Shown: positions 50,844 to 63,469, numbered from the stretch's first letter. The stretch is DNA of 64,000 nt from Tubiluchus corallicola (GCA_030141605.1 JAQGDQ010000761.1:1-64000); one strand, 5' to 3'. Program-made: numbers and translations. The notes: a model not told the origin generated them from the letters alone.

Positions 50844-53586
50844 TAAATTAATTAACAACTAGAAATCTGTTTGTAGTAAAAACTTTTTTAAATAGCACTA
50901 ATCACCTAAGAATACTAGATGTAACAGTAATTATAATTTTGCTGTGCTAGCAGAGCAGGTTTGCCTGTATTCAAGACTGTAGTGACACCTAGCTGGGAAA
51001 AAGAGAATCTTCTTAGTAACAGTCTCTGAATATCCTATATACCTGTAAGCAAGTAAGAACTTTTCAGTTCTAGGTTTTGGGCTATTCTCCACAGAATGTA
51101 CAATTTTCATCCCGTCATACATTTTTTTAAACATCAAAAGTTCTGGTACAATACTGACTGCCAGCTTTACTTCTCTAGAGTAAATAAGAAATGACCTTTT
51201 TTGGGCGTATTGCAATAAATTACGCTACACTCTTTACTTGTATTCTTGCAACATGGGAAATCCTTTTGCCTTACCCGTTTTTTTCTGGTGATTAGACAAG
51301 CCATGACACATGATGTTGCGACTTATCTACATTACTTTTAATGATATTCGTAGTCTACAGATGCTTTCCTAGATACAGCTCTACATTTGTTTATTTAGGA
51401 CGACAACGGTTTCAAGCATTGAGTGTTTTTGTACTCATTTCAGCAGAGCAGATTCGATTTAATTTGGCCATGACGAATTACACATATGCCATTCAAAGTA
51501 AGCAAAATAAAATACGCATAAAATTGCTGTAAAGTGATATAATTTTATCAGGCGATTTCTCTGAAGCGTACTTTAGGTACCCCTTTTCTCCTCCTTTAAG
51601 AAGAAGCATTTAATCTTGAGTTAATATCTAAGATGTTCCTCAATGGAAAGGTGCTGTGTCACCTTCTACATCTTCAAGTACATCATCAATTTTTGATTCT
51701 AACAAGAAATGGAAAAAGTTCTGAAAAACACATTAAATGTGAAGTATTTCAATGACTAAAACATTCAAAATTTGTTGATACCGCGTGATAACCTTTAAGT
51801 TAGTCTGCTTTGTGCTTATCTTTTATTAGATTTCTTCATTTTTATGTGAATTGCATAGTTCTTTAATTCTATATATTCTCAAAATACAATTTTTGATTGT
51901 AATGCATGTTTTAATAGGCTCGATCTTTGCGACGCTAGTCTACAAACTCATCAAATGGCAAGATGAAAACATACATAAGAATCGAGGCATAAGGTAGTTG
52001 CAGACAAACAACACACAGCATACAAAATTAAACATGTAAGGTGCTGGTTATAACGTAAGAGCAACTACACAGTTTTATGGATAAAGAACATAGTATGTAA
52101 CATCTACAGTATCTCCCCATAGTGAGTAAGGGCATTTAGTCACATAATATTATATGTCTGTCTGCACAATACAATTAATAATATGCAAAAGCATAATCAT
52201 CAACTGTGGTAAAGGGATAAGCCTGAACAAGACCTGGAAACCCTTTGGCTTTGGTTTCAAAAGTTGAAAAGTCAAGGACACAAGGTCAAGAAATGCATTA
52301 ACATCAAAGTACACAATGTTCAGATCACCAAACTTGGCAAGGGATACATAGGTGTTGACAAAAAAACCCTTGGCTTTTGGTTTGAACAGGTCAAGAGTCG
52401 AGGTCACCAAAGTCAAAAAATGTTAAAATGTCAAATAAATTTTTGCCCGTAGCGACTCCATATGGAGGCGTGACCTACTAGGTCTGCACCCCAATAGAGT
52501 GCCCTTTTATTACCAATATGATTACTCAAGTAGAGAAGCTCAAGTACTAGGATGTCCCGAAGCCAGTGGCTGTTGTTCTGGTAATGGGAATTTGCTTGAT
52601 CAATATAAGCCGGTGACAGGGGAATACTGTTCAATATCACTGTACAGTCATGTACAGCTCACAAGCCCACAGTGCAGTATTGACGTAAGATACCATCTGA
52701 TGATCGTACACATTTCAAAATTCTAATAATTCTGCACGTTGTAAAATAAATATATACATATAAAAAATACAACTGTACGTTGTAAAATAATAACATGTAA
52801 AAATATTCAAAAGAAATCAAGATGCCCAGAAAAACCCTACCCTCTAGTGGAACTAAGAAGTGTGTGTTCTCTATTCCAGATAGCTGTCTAATCATTGAGT
52901 GCAGTGATGGCTCTATGGTTGCGTCATAGAGAGATTTCATGTTTTCACACTTCAAATTTTATGTCCAAGTTCTGTTACTGATGAAGAAAATTTTTTAATA
53001 AAAACGCTGTGACTGTCAGAGGCAGCTAGGCCTAGATTCTAGGCCTTCAAATACCATACGTAATTTCAGAACATTAAAAAAATCTGGATTTCTTATTGGC
53101 TATTGCTAACCAAAAACTATTGGCAATTCAGAATTTCCACAAATAATAACCATTGCTGTGCTTAATTACTGGCTGCAAGTGAGACATACAGGCACATGTA
53201 TACAATATGTACTTAGTTGTTATAGAAAGTCAAAATTAATCGTTTTAATCCCATGACGAAAAACCTAAAATAATGTTGACACAACAATAAACAACTTTTC
53301 AGTAAACCAATCTCAACACAATTAACTGAAACCGGGAAGGATAGTGGCTTAAGAATCATTTTTATGATATTTTAACGTACTTATCAACAAATTTGTTACT
53401 TCTATGGATTTCCATGTGTAGTGACAGCCAGTTACAGATATTGCAACATTGCTATTGCAAATTTTCAAGCTAACCATGTCAAGTTCTGCTCTGTACGATA
53501 AATGCATCACAAAATGAGTTTGAAAAATTCGATCTACAGGAACTTTCAGAATTCAGATGGCATTCAGCAATGCAGAAGGCTGCTGC

Positions 53587-53951
53587 TGTTGTGTTTTGTT
53601 TCTCGTGGAAGGCTCGTAGAGAAAACCAGAAAACACTTCATCAAATTAAACTAGTTTATTAAGCGAGAATTCTACAACACAAAAGTATGAAGGAACGCGA
53701 AATGATTACACTAAACGTGAAAATCTGGAAAATGTTTAAGTGTATTTGAAATTACAAGTATACAAGAGAATGTGTAAGTGTACGTCTGTGCGAAATCTGC
53801 ATGCGTCTGTCAGCAGCCTGCTTCGCCTTATATAGCGTGCCTGAGAAGCTTCTAGAAGTTCCTTTCCAGAACGTTGTACACGGTAAGACGATTAATCTAA
53901 TGGAACATTCTACATATTTAATTCTAATAGATGCCAGCGATCTTCACAACA
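53587..53951 (-). mobile_element. Solo LTR (365 bp)
   Basis: TGTTGTG...CACAACA termini, 5-bp TSD gctgc (53582-86, 53952-56); minus-strand TATATAAG (~53827-34) upstream of AATAAA (53655-60). Confidence 0.88.
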
Positions 53952-55507
53952 GCTGCAGAAGACACAAACAATGAGAAAACTGTTAAACCTTTTTTTACAC
54001 AAGTCCAATGTGGATCCAAGTCTGTGAAGACTTCAGATAGAGTGGTTGTCTAGCAGAGTTAGTTATAACTGACCAACATAATACACTCATATCTCGGTTT
54101 GTTGGACCTCACTTTTACGGATGTCAGAAAATTCGGACAAAATCTGGTCCGTTAAAAAGACCACGTACTACAGACACAGTCCGTTATTTTGCGAGCTCAC
54201 CGCTAGTTGGCAGGCTGTTACTTTGTTTACATCCAAGCAGCATGTAACAGCACGTGTCTAGGGTGTTTAGTGGTTTAATCAGCGTGCGTAAGTGGTTTAG
54301 AGTCAATCATGCGAAGTTATTTAAATCAATTGCCGACAGTTTTTATATACTTTTGCACAGAGCGGGCCGTACCAGACGTTTTTGAGACAATAAGGCAATT
54401 GATTCTCCATTACCCTGAGTCTAATACAAGCCTACTGTATTAGTTTAGTATCGGAAAATATGGACAAGCGGCAAATTCGGACTGGACCCACAACCGAGTT
54501 GAGTGAATATGGGTTCTTCCTTACCGTATTATTACCATAGATCAACAGGGCGAAGCCTGTATGTATGCATTTTGCACATAGTTTTCTCTCTCATTAATCA
54601 TTGTTTCACACGCTCTCTCTCACATTTTATATTTGTTTTCTCTCAAAAGTTGTCGGTCTAGTGAAGTGCCACCTAGCGGCAGTGGTCATGGTATGGTGAG
54701 GAAGCAAGGCCAGTGGTCGTATGATGGAAGCGTCACTCAATGTATGTTTATGAAACGTTTGTATGACGGTTGCAGAAAGGTTGGATTTTTAAAAGTCATT
54801 TAGATTCCATTGAAGCTGGATGGGTTCCAAACCATAAGATAATGCCATTGGTTCATGCACAAAGTAAGAGCAAACTGCAAACATGCACCCTTGAGCAAAT
54901 ACACGATTTGAAATTTCGACAACTGTGAGATTACGTGCACTCAGTCAATGTGAGACTGCTATGCTGAAGTCGGACTACTGCTTCTTCTTTGTGGTAAGAC
55001 GTTAACTTCACCGAATTGAAGGCTCTGGCACATGCTGTTAGAGTTAATAATAGCATAATACATTTAGTAGGGCTAGCTGGCCTAATGCCATGGTAAATAT
55101 AACTCCACAAATTTTCTCACAAACAAAACAGATAGGTGTTAGTACAAACGGAGTATACATGCAGTCACCTGAGTAAGCCACCTCTATTAGAACTTACATG
55201 ATTTAGTTATAGAGCAATTACTATTCAAGTTATTATTCAATATGAATATGGTGTCTTCATAGATATAGGCATAGACATGTTTTATTCTATAGAGTAATGT
55301 AACAGTGAAGTAACAACATACCTTCCCAGGGATTATCTCATTGAATTACTGATTTCAAATATAATTACAGTTATCTACAATTTTTATAAAATATGTACAA
55401 CTACAAGTAAAATTTGGCAGATGGCCAAAAAACTCTCATTCATGACTATGACTCACAGGTTTCTCACAATTTAACCCCAATATCTTTCACAATTCAGTAT
55501 ATCTTAC

Positions 55508-55549
55508 CTGCAAGTGCTCTTGAAAACGAATTGGAAATTGTTGAGACAT
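55508..55549 (-). CDS. CLTC: Clathrin heavy chain coding exon 1 (MSQQFPIRFQEHLQ); not in ORF track
   Basis: accATG TCT CAA CAA TTT CCA ATT CGT TTT CAA GAG CAC TTG CAG|gtaaga; 42 nt, phase 0; matches the CHC N-terminus MAQILPIRFQEHLQ. Confidence 0.96.
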
Positions 55550-55976
55550 GGTGACAGGTCTTCTTTTCTGTCAATAACAAATTAATAAATCACAAAATTG
55601 AATATATCTGCCGGCTTTAAGAAACTCCGCCAGCACGCAAAATTTTAATATGGCAGCAGCTGGCGGGAGAAAAGTAGTCCGTCATTAAATGACTTGACGA
55701 AATGTTGAATTGTGCTAAAATCTCTAAAGTTCACTTTACTTTCAATGTTGCTTAAATTTTCGCGGTATTTGGTAGAACATTTTTTAACTTCACATGCCTA
55801 GAATTATTAAAATGAACATATACTTCTGCTCTATTTCCCTACCATTAGTTTTGTTTTCCGCCGCTAGATGACAACGTGTGTGAAATTCCTGAAGCCAAAA
55901 TCTTTGCTGTAGATACAGTAAACGCGTAGTAGTGAGTAGACGCCAAGTGTAGTTTTAATGTCTTAATTAATAAATA
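55550..55976. promoter_or_regulatory. Putative bidirectional promoter and 5' UTRs of CLTC and IFT20
   Basis: Only 427 bp separate the divergent ATGs; YY1-like aatatggcagc (~55647) and E2F-like tggcggga (~55661). Transcription starts were not determined. Confidence 0.65.
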
Positions 55977-56097
55977 ATGACAAATCTTGGGAACACTGGT
56001 TTACATCTCGATGACTTAAATAAATTACGAGTACTAGAACCAGAGGCTGCTCTTGAAACTGCTGAACTGAAAGAAGACTGCAAGGAGTTTGTTGAAA
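55977..56097 (+). CDS. IFT20: Intraflagellar transport protein 20, coding exon 1 ([23 protein letters not shown]...CKEFVE); not in ORF track
   Basis: Matches the IFT20 motif GLHFDELNKLRVLDPE...LKEECKDFV; 121 nt, A|gtacta. Confidence 0.93.
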
Positions 56098-56965
56098 GTA
56101 CTAGTTTTTGTTCTAGCTTTGCTTCCTCTAACACTGGTATATTCTGATCATTATATTTGGCATTTCTTCCCATTTTTTGTGAAAACACTAACAAAGTAAT
56201 TATTCAATAATTCTGCTTTTTCTTTGTCATTCACCGTCAGTTGTTTTCACTGTCATCTTACTCCTAGCATATTTGTAGAACAGCTTTGGATTTCGTTTGA
56301 CATTTGGTGCTACTGCTGCTTCACTTTCCGTACTTCATCTTTACATTGGTTCCTTATTTTAGCATAGTTCTTTTATTCTTCAGAATGTGATTTGTTGATT
56401 TTATCCCTTATGTTACTCCCAAGTGACTGAAAAAAATGTTCTATGGGCTAACTTTTTCATATATATGCGATCTTAATATCATTCATCCATCAATATTTAA
56501 TCAATTAAATCGTCTTCCATTATCAATTATCAATGCTTTATCAGTTGACATTCTCAAAAGGCATTTGAGAGAGGACAGTTTACAGATGGTTACCGTCTAG
56601 ATCCTTATTTCTTTGGATAAGGATAAGGTATCAATAGCTGACTGAATATGATAATAATAAAAACAAAAACTTTAAAATCCATAACATGTCACAAGTAAAT
56701 TATGCAGCACTTCACTTTTTCTGTCGCTTTTTACTAACCAATCTTTTGTTTGACCCTTTGAGTTTTAGCTTCAAAGAGCAGATGATTTTTCCATGTATCA
56801 GTGGACTTCGATAAGCTTATACTTCGTACATCCACTGCATACTAATTATTGACCTTAATTAAACATAACAGCAGTCAGCAGTATGTGACATATTGCTCTA
56901 CTAGTACTAGACATCTACTAGGTGTAGTCTTTCTTGTAATGTGTGTGTAATAGCATCATTGTACT

Positions 56966-57803
56966 GTGTAAAAATAAATTACCGCACTATTGTAATACTG
57001 CAAAGTGCGGCAAGCATCCTTATACTATGTGTAAAAATAAATTACTGCACTATTGTAATACTGCAAAGTGTAGCAAGTGTGTTTATACTGTGTAAAAATA
57101 AATTACCGCACTATTGTAATACTGCAAAGTGCAGCAAGTGTCCTTATACTGTGCAAAAATAAATTACTGCACTATTGTAATACTGCAAAGTGTAGCAAGT
57201 GTGTTTATACTGTGTAAAAATAAATTACCGCACTATTGTAATACTGCAAAGTGCGGCAAGCATCCTTATACTATGTGTAAAAATAAATTACTGCACTATT
57301 GTAATACTGCAAAGTGTAGCAAGTGTGTTTATACTATGTAAAAATAAATTACCACACTTGTAATACTGCAAAGTGCAGCAAGTGTCCTTATACTGTGCAA
57401 AAATAAATTACTGCACTATTGTAATACTGCAAAGTGTAGCAAGTGTGTTTATACTGTGTAAAAATAAATTACCGCACTATTGTAATACTGCAAAGTGCAG
57501 CAAGTGTCCTTATACTGTGCAAAAATAAATTACTGCACTATTGTAATACTGCAAAGTGTAGCAAGTGTGTTTATACTGTGTAAAAATAAATTACCGCACT
57601 ATTGTAATACTGCAAAGTGCAGCAAGTGTCCTTATACTGTGCAAAAATAAATTACTGCACTATTGTAATACTGCAAAGTGTAGCAAGTATGTTTATACTG
57701 TGTAAAAATAAATTACCGCACTATTGTAATACTGTATAGTGCAACAAGTGTCCTTATACTGTGTAAAAATAAATTACCGCACTATTGTAATACTGCAAAG
57801 TGC
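56966..57803. repeat. 61-bp minisatellite (~14 copies) with alternating A/B units
   Basis: Unit tgt/gcaaaaataaattac(c/t)gcactattgtaatactgcaaagtg(c/t)agcaagtgt(cc/gt)ttatactg. Confidence 0.95.
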
Positions 57804-57943
57804 GGGAATGATACAGTCCCACAATGTAGCAGTTACAACTGTTTATCAACTGGTATGCAAAGTACTCTGGAAACTGCTGTCATGAAAAATTTTAAGTGTT
57901 TAATAATTCAATAGCTAAACAGCGAAACGTTAATGTTTTCTAG

Positions 57944-58029
57944 AAACCAGTAACTTTCAGCGTATTGTTAATGGCTTCATCAACATGGTTGCTGAACTGT
58001 CAAACGAAGTTGAGAATGAAAAGATGAAG
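57944..58029 (+). CDS. IFT20: IFT20 coding exon 2 (KTSNFQRIVNGFINMVAELSNEVENEKMK)
   Basis: 86 nt, ttttctag|AA...AAG|gtagg; ENEKMK motif. Confidence 0.95.
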
Positions 58030-58054
58030 GTAGGAACTGTCACGAAGCTTCAAA

Positions 58055-58510
58055 TGTGCGCTTGCATGCCAAAACCGTTGAAATCAAAACCGGGCACAGT
58101 TAAAACTTATAACTACGTTATGATGCTTAATACTAGAAACTAGTACTGCAAATGTGAAAAACTCTGAATGGTAGCCTGTGGCAGCAGTCATTTTGCTTGC
58201 AGTTTTTTCTGTTTCCATTTCCAGATCTTTGTCTGAAAGAGCCATCTATAGAATTGAAATGTAATTAAAGTCCATAGCAACCACACTTTCGTACGGTTGC
58301 CAAGTGTTTTTGTAGAAATGTGATAAAAAACAATGACAAACTTTAACAGCGATTTGCTCAAGGTTATGTTTTTATCTCAGCGTAGAAATAACATGGAGCC
58401 GTGAGTTTGGTATCAAAGTGATCCTCAGTAAATAGAGATTCAGGATATGTGAATAACTAGTTAAGCTTAAATGCCGAGTTATGAACGATTTTGCTATGCA
58501 AGCACACACA
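58055..58510. mobile_element. TGTG..GCTTGCA MITE, copy 3 (internally deleted)
   Basis: Same termini and interior as 11642-12297. Confidence 0.75.
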
Positions 58511-58692
58511 TAATATTTTGTATTTATTATTATTATTATGTTGATGATGAACTTTATTAATTTGAATGTTTAATAGGATTCCCGCAATTACAAAATTGTA
58601 TTCGGGAATTATTTGAATTAAGAGTATCATATATGCTTTTTGATGATATTAGATGTACATATATATATATTCATTTAATTATTGCATTACAG

Positions 58693-58796
58693 GCAATTGG
58701 TTATAGAAATTTGCACAAATCTATCGAGAAGCAGCGGGAGGCTCAGCAACAGCAACTCTTGGCTCTTATCTCAGAAAAACACACCCAGCTTGAACG
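58693..58796 (+). CDS. IFT20: IFT20 coding exon 3 ([35 protein letters not shown])
   Basis: 104 nt, ttacag|GCA...CG|gtaaa; the [10 protein letters not shown] motif. Confidence 0.96.
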
Positions 58797-59346
58797 GTAA
58801 ATAGCTAGCGTTCCAAAGTGCTACTTTATACAACGAATAATGTTTTTTGCATTAGAAGAAGCTTTAAAGTTGGCTACAGTTCACCTACTTAAATTACATG
58901 TAAAATGAAATACAGTAAACTATATGTAACTGGAACACCTTGGCACCGGAAAATTTGTTTGAGTTATGCAAAAGTACGAGTTGGACAAAGTTCGTAAGCA
59001 AACAAGATTGAGTCGCCCATCAATGTCGGACAAAAAACAACAGCTTGTGAAAATGACAAAGTGGGCCTCTTATCAAATATCAAGCAACAGCTTTTTATGA
59101 ATAATCAAAAATAAAATGACTGGTCCACTTCTATTGTAGTCTGAGTAGCATGGTTAATAGAATTCGGCAATAATATTGCGCTCTAATTATGAAAACACGT
59201 TCGTTAAGCCATGTTGTGTGCAGCGTTCTGCTAAGGTAATACAAGAAATCTTAGAACATAATATTTCACCATTTATAAAGAAACCTGCCTTTAAACTTCT
59301 CCAGCTTAAATATCACATCAGGAGTAAAGTGATCAGTGAACATTTT

Positions 59347-59759
59347 CAGGGATGAGAATTTTCTGCGGATACGTGGAATTCCGAGTTTTTGGAAGACCAG
59401 TAGTGCCATTTTTGTAAATCGCGTAAATTCGTTGAGAACATTTTTACGCACCCAGTACATTATTTCACAAGCTGACCGCTAGTTGGCAGGCCGTCACTTT
59501 GTTTACATCACGTACATCAGTGTAACCACGTGTATGTCTCTATGTATAAAAATATAGAATCAATTGTGTGGAGTTATTTGAGTCAATTGCAGACTGTTTT
59601 TATATACCTTTGTATAGGAGCGGCCAGTACTTAGGTGTTTTTGAGACAATTAGGTATCATGTATCCTTGATAGTTGGGTATTTTAAATTATGCATGAAAC
59701 AAGGAACATTTAGAGGTTCTCTATGGTCACAAAATTACAATTTGTCATTCTCATCCCTG
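59347..59759. mobile_element. CAGGGATGAGAAT-TIR element in IFT20 intron 3
   Basis: Perfect 13-bp TIR; catttt on both sides (59341-46, 59760-65); reverse complement of much of 3593-4085. Confidence 0.85.
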
Positions 59760-59777
59760 CATTTTGCTGTCTTTCAG

Positions 59778-59859
59778 ACTTAAAATTCAATGCGAGTCAC
59801 TTGCTAGAATGGAAGCGGAGCAGGCGGAGTTTATGGAGCAGTACTACCTACAGACATGA
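59778..59859 (+). CDS. IFT20: IFT20 coding exon 4 (LKIQCESLARMEAEQAEFMEQYYLQT*)
   Basis: 82 nt, ctttcag|A...TGA; the four exons total 393 nt = 130 aa plus stop. Confidence 0.94.
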
Positions 59860-60939
59860 GTAACTACGACAAGCACTAATCCTTTGCAATTCCGGTTTAA
59901 ACATAAGAGGTTGAGCTTCAAACGAAGCACAGATTTGTTTTGAGATTTGTGAAGGCTGTAAAGCTGATCTTTCCTCCCCAAATACGTACGTTTGAAAGTA
60001 CAGTCAGACCTCTCTATACTGCCCACTTTGGGATAGGAAAAAAGTTGGTGTTGTAGCAAGTTTGGTTTTATAATGAGCTGTGTTAACCCTTATAGGGTCA
60101 CAATTTTTTACAACCGATTTTGTTAACGGGGGCTAAAAAATTACCCCCACCATAATTCGCCCACCTTTTGATAAACCGCCGTGTTTCATTAGTAAACAGC
60201 ATAGTTTGTGGTTATGCTGTTGGTATTTCTCCATTGAACACATACATTAATTTGCCTGACTAATGGTGGGGTAATGGGTAGTGGTATAATGGGCTATTCT
60301 TATATATAGTTGAATACAACTGTTTCATTCGTGGCCATTTTGCAGACAGTATAACGAAGTTTGACTGTATTATATTGCTTCATTCAAAACTGTGCCAAAA
60401 TACAACACAGTTCAAAAAACAGCAGATTTACTGGTTATTTCTCCTGTTTAGTTGTCAGTACAATGGCTGGTAAGGTGCTCATTAATAACCTGGCATCTGG
60501 GCAAGCATCTTTCCTATTAGTTTAATTATTTAATTAATGAACTGTCTCACATCAAAACTTCTTCTCGGTAACTTGTGTAGATTTGCCTTATTTTCATACT
60601 GACGTGTTTTGGTTGCTCTATTATGGTTATGGCACTAAGCAGCTTATGTCTATGTCACTTTTCTGACATTGCCTATGGAAATGAGCATGGACTCTAAATC
60701 TGTCAGAAAAGTGCCGCAGAAATTAGCAAAAAGTATCAATGAAATGTAGCGTAAATCAGTAAGGTGGGTGCTAGCGAAAGTATTGTCTTCAAGTCTGCAA
60801 TGCTAATTCTCTCGTGTTACTTATGAATGTATTTCTAGGTGCTTTTGTGCATACACACAGTGCTAACATCAGTAGGTACGCTGTGTTAGAATCTAGCCTT
60901 GCTTATATTTGCCAAAGACTGACTAAATACTGTACTGTA

Positions 60940-61577
60940 CAGGGTGTCTCATTAGTTTATTACTGTACTATACAGGGTGTCTCATAAGTCTCTATAAAAT
61001 GTTTTTTGCACACAAAGCAAAATGTTTGAAAATAGGCACAAATGTAATTCCTTGGACAATTTCTTTAGTAAAATTAGTTGAAATGTGAAAAAAATTACTG
61101 TGCTAGCCACTAGTAGGCATACCTTCGTGAACCTCAAGAGCCTCAGAGACCAATCCAATTGTAAGTCAGGTATCTTGCATTGAGAGCCTCTCGCAGCTCA
61201 TGAGTGGTGAGGAAGGGTGACATCTTGTTGAAAGACTACATTGATATAATAGCAAGAGAATAGTGTGGATCATGTGCTGCTCTGAATTTCTGCCAAACTT
61301 CACTTGCTAATTGGAGATCATCGGGATAAACTGGTTTTGCACATTATTTTTAATGTTGCCATCGTCACCATGGCAACAGGGTTTCAAGGGAAAAACAAAT
61401 GAAGAATTTCCAAAGGCTATTTATATTCATCTAAGAGCTTGCTGAGATTAGAGAAAAATTTAAAAACAAGATTGAAGTGCCCAGTGACTTTTGAGACACC
61501 CTGTACAACCTATTGTAATACTGACTTTTGAGACATCCTGTACAACCTATTGTAATACTGACTTTTGAGATACCCTG
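60940..61577. mobile_element. Mariner-like non-autonomous element (core 60973-61503) with reiterated TIRs
   Basis: ta-CAGGGTGTCTCATAAGTC...GACTTTTGAGACACCCTG-ta; the left TIR occurs twice and the right TIR three times. Confidence 0.8.
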
Positions 61578-63469
61578 TACAATTATTAGGTTTATAATAA
61601 AAAAATTACTTTTGAACATCCGTGCTTCTTCAAAGTGAAATCCAGTACTCAGCGATAAAAACGTACTCAATGACGGTAAGTGTGGCAGGAACAGAACCTG
61701 TGTGAATTATAGAAGGATAATCCACTAAGAGGAGTTACCGAACCAGCAGAGGTGTCTTAACCAAGTTCAGGTGTGTGGAAATTGTTCCTGAACGAGGTAG
61801 ACGGTTGAGGACAGTTTGGCAGATGAAGCTGCATGCTCAAAAGCAGTTTTCCCGGTAATCACCCTCCCAGTTACACAGGAGCTCAGCAACGCAGACATAT
61901 AAGAGTTTGAGGACAGTTTTATGGTAATTACTTGTTTAAAAAAAAGAAATATATCAACATAAAAAAGTTAAAATCTGTTTTATTTTTTTTATTTATTATT
62001 TTACATTAGTTTTATGGTTATTGTATTCCATCAAAGTGCACAAACCTTCTACATATCACAGTTTTTTAATTCTAAAATTCTTATTTTTAATTGTTGTATT
62101 TTTACCCTGCTTGTAACAAATTTAATTTTTTATTATCATATAGTTGTATTATTTACGAACTAACAGTAACTTGAAATTTAAGAGTTTTGTAAATTTTGAT
62201 GAATAAACCTGCAATAATATGGCAATAACAATCTAGAGCTTTTATTGATTTTTCTATTCAGACATTTAAATTACAGGATATAAAAAAACATTCGTGAAGT
62301 ACAAAACTATTTATTACATATCTGTGCATATCAAAATAGTATCACAGTTTTTTAAATGGCAAAGCACTTAAAGTGTGTGTGTGTGTGTGCGTGTGTGTGG
62401 CACTGTGTGCTTGCATAGCAAAATCATCCATAAGTCGGCTATTAAGCTTTTCTAGTTATTCACATATCCTGAATTTCCATTTCATTTTCATCTGATTTGT
62501 TATGCTACAACTTTAGTACTGAAGAGGACGAAATTCAAGCTGTCAATAAGTTCATTCTGTTAGTCGAGCTTGCTGAAGTTGATTCTGTTTGCGTGGAAAC
62601 GAGAAATTACAGGTTTTCTACTATAAGGCCTCCTTAGTGGGAGAGCAAAATGAACTAGGGTGCGTACAAAGGATGCTGTAAATTGGTAAACCAAGACTAG
62701 CTTAACTCGTGTCGGTGTTCTGCCCGCGGTGAAACGACCAAAGGCGGTGCGTTCGCCATACAAATAGTTTCAACATAACATGGCAGCTCCCGTTGGGTTG
62801 TTAACTGAAAATGTGATTTCTCCTTGTTAATTAAAAATAACGTCGCCATTGAAGTGTTTATATTTGTATCATCGTATGTTTATGTCGAAACTTTAGCTTC
62901 TGATCTTGGTTACGGAATGCCTAATTCTGAGCGATCGTCTAACGCCATGCCTGGTGCAAGTGAACATGACAATTTAGATGATTTTCCAAAGGACTCATGG
63001 ATGGTAATTTCTGTAGGACTTACTACAGTTCTGTAGAACTGAATGTAGGTGTTGTGGCAGCCTGACAGGACTGATTTTGTCTCATTAGCCAGGCTAATTA
63101 TAATCGTCTAAGATCTGTAAAATGAGACATTCGGCACGCAAAGTATTTGGTGTCTAATGATGTCCATTGGCCATGCTTTTGATGTGAATGTAAGGTAAAA
63201 AAGTCAAAAGAAAAGGCATAGGAAAAACTGAAATAACCCTAACCCAACCAAAGCCAAAATTAATTGTGACTTTTTCCTAACCGAAATTGTGACTATTGCC
63301 AATCATTGTGAATATTACCTCCCTTGACTAGGTAATACTAATAGTAGTAGTAGTAGTAAATCTCCAGTAGTTATAATATAACTTTTGAGACAAATAGTTC
63401 TTCGACTGTAATTGCGACAAATTGCACATTCAATAGATTGTCATCAACACCTAGGTGGCTCCACTGGCA

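Noticed and set aside
54665-54685. CTCF-like motifs (also ~37000 and ~55860)
   Set aside because: Short degenerate matches are expected by chance or inside repeats; no supporting evidence.
62917-63003. Possible first exon of a further plus-strand gene (MPNSERSSNAMPGASEHDNLDDFPKDSWM|gtaatt) after a CpG-richer, YY1-like stretch
   Set aside because: No recognisable homology and no downstream exon in the window; needs transcript data.
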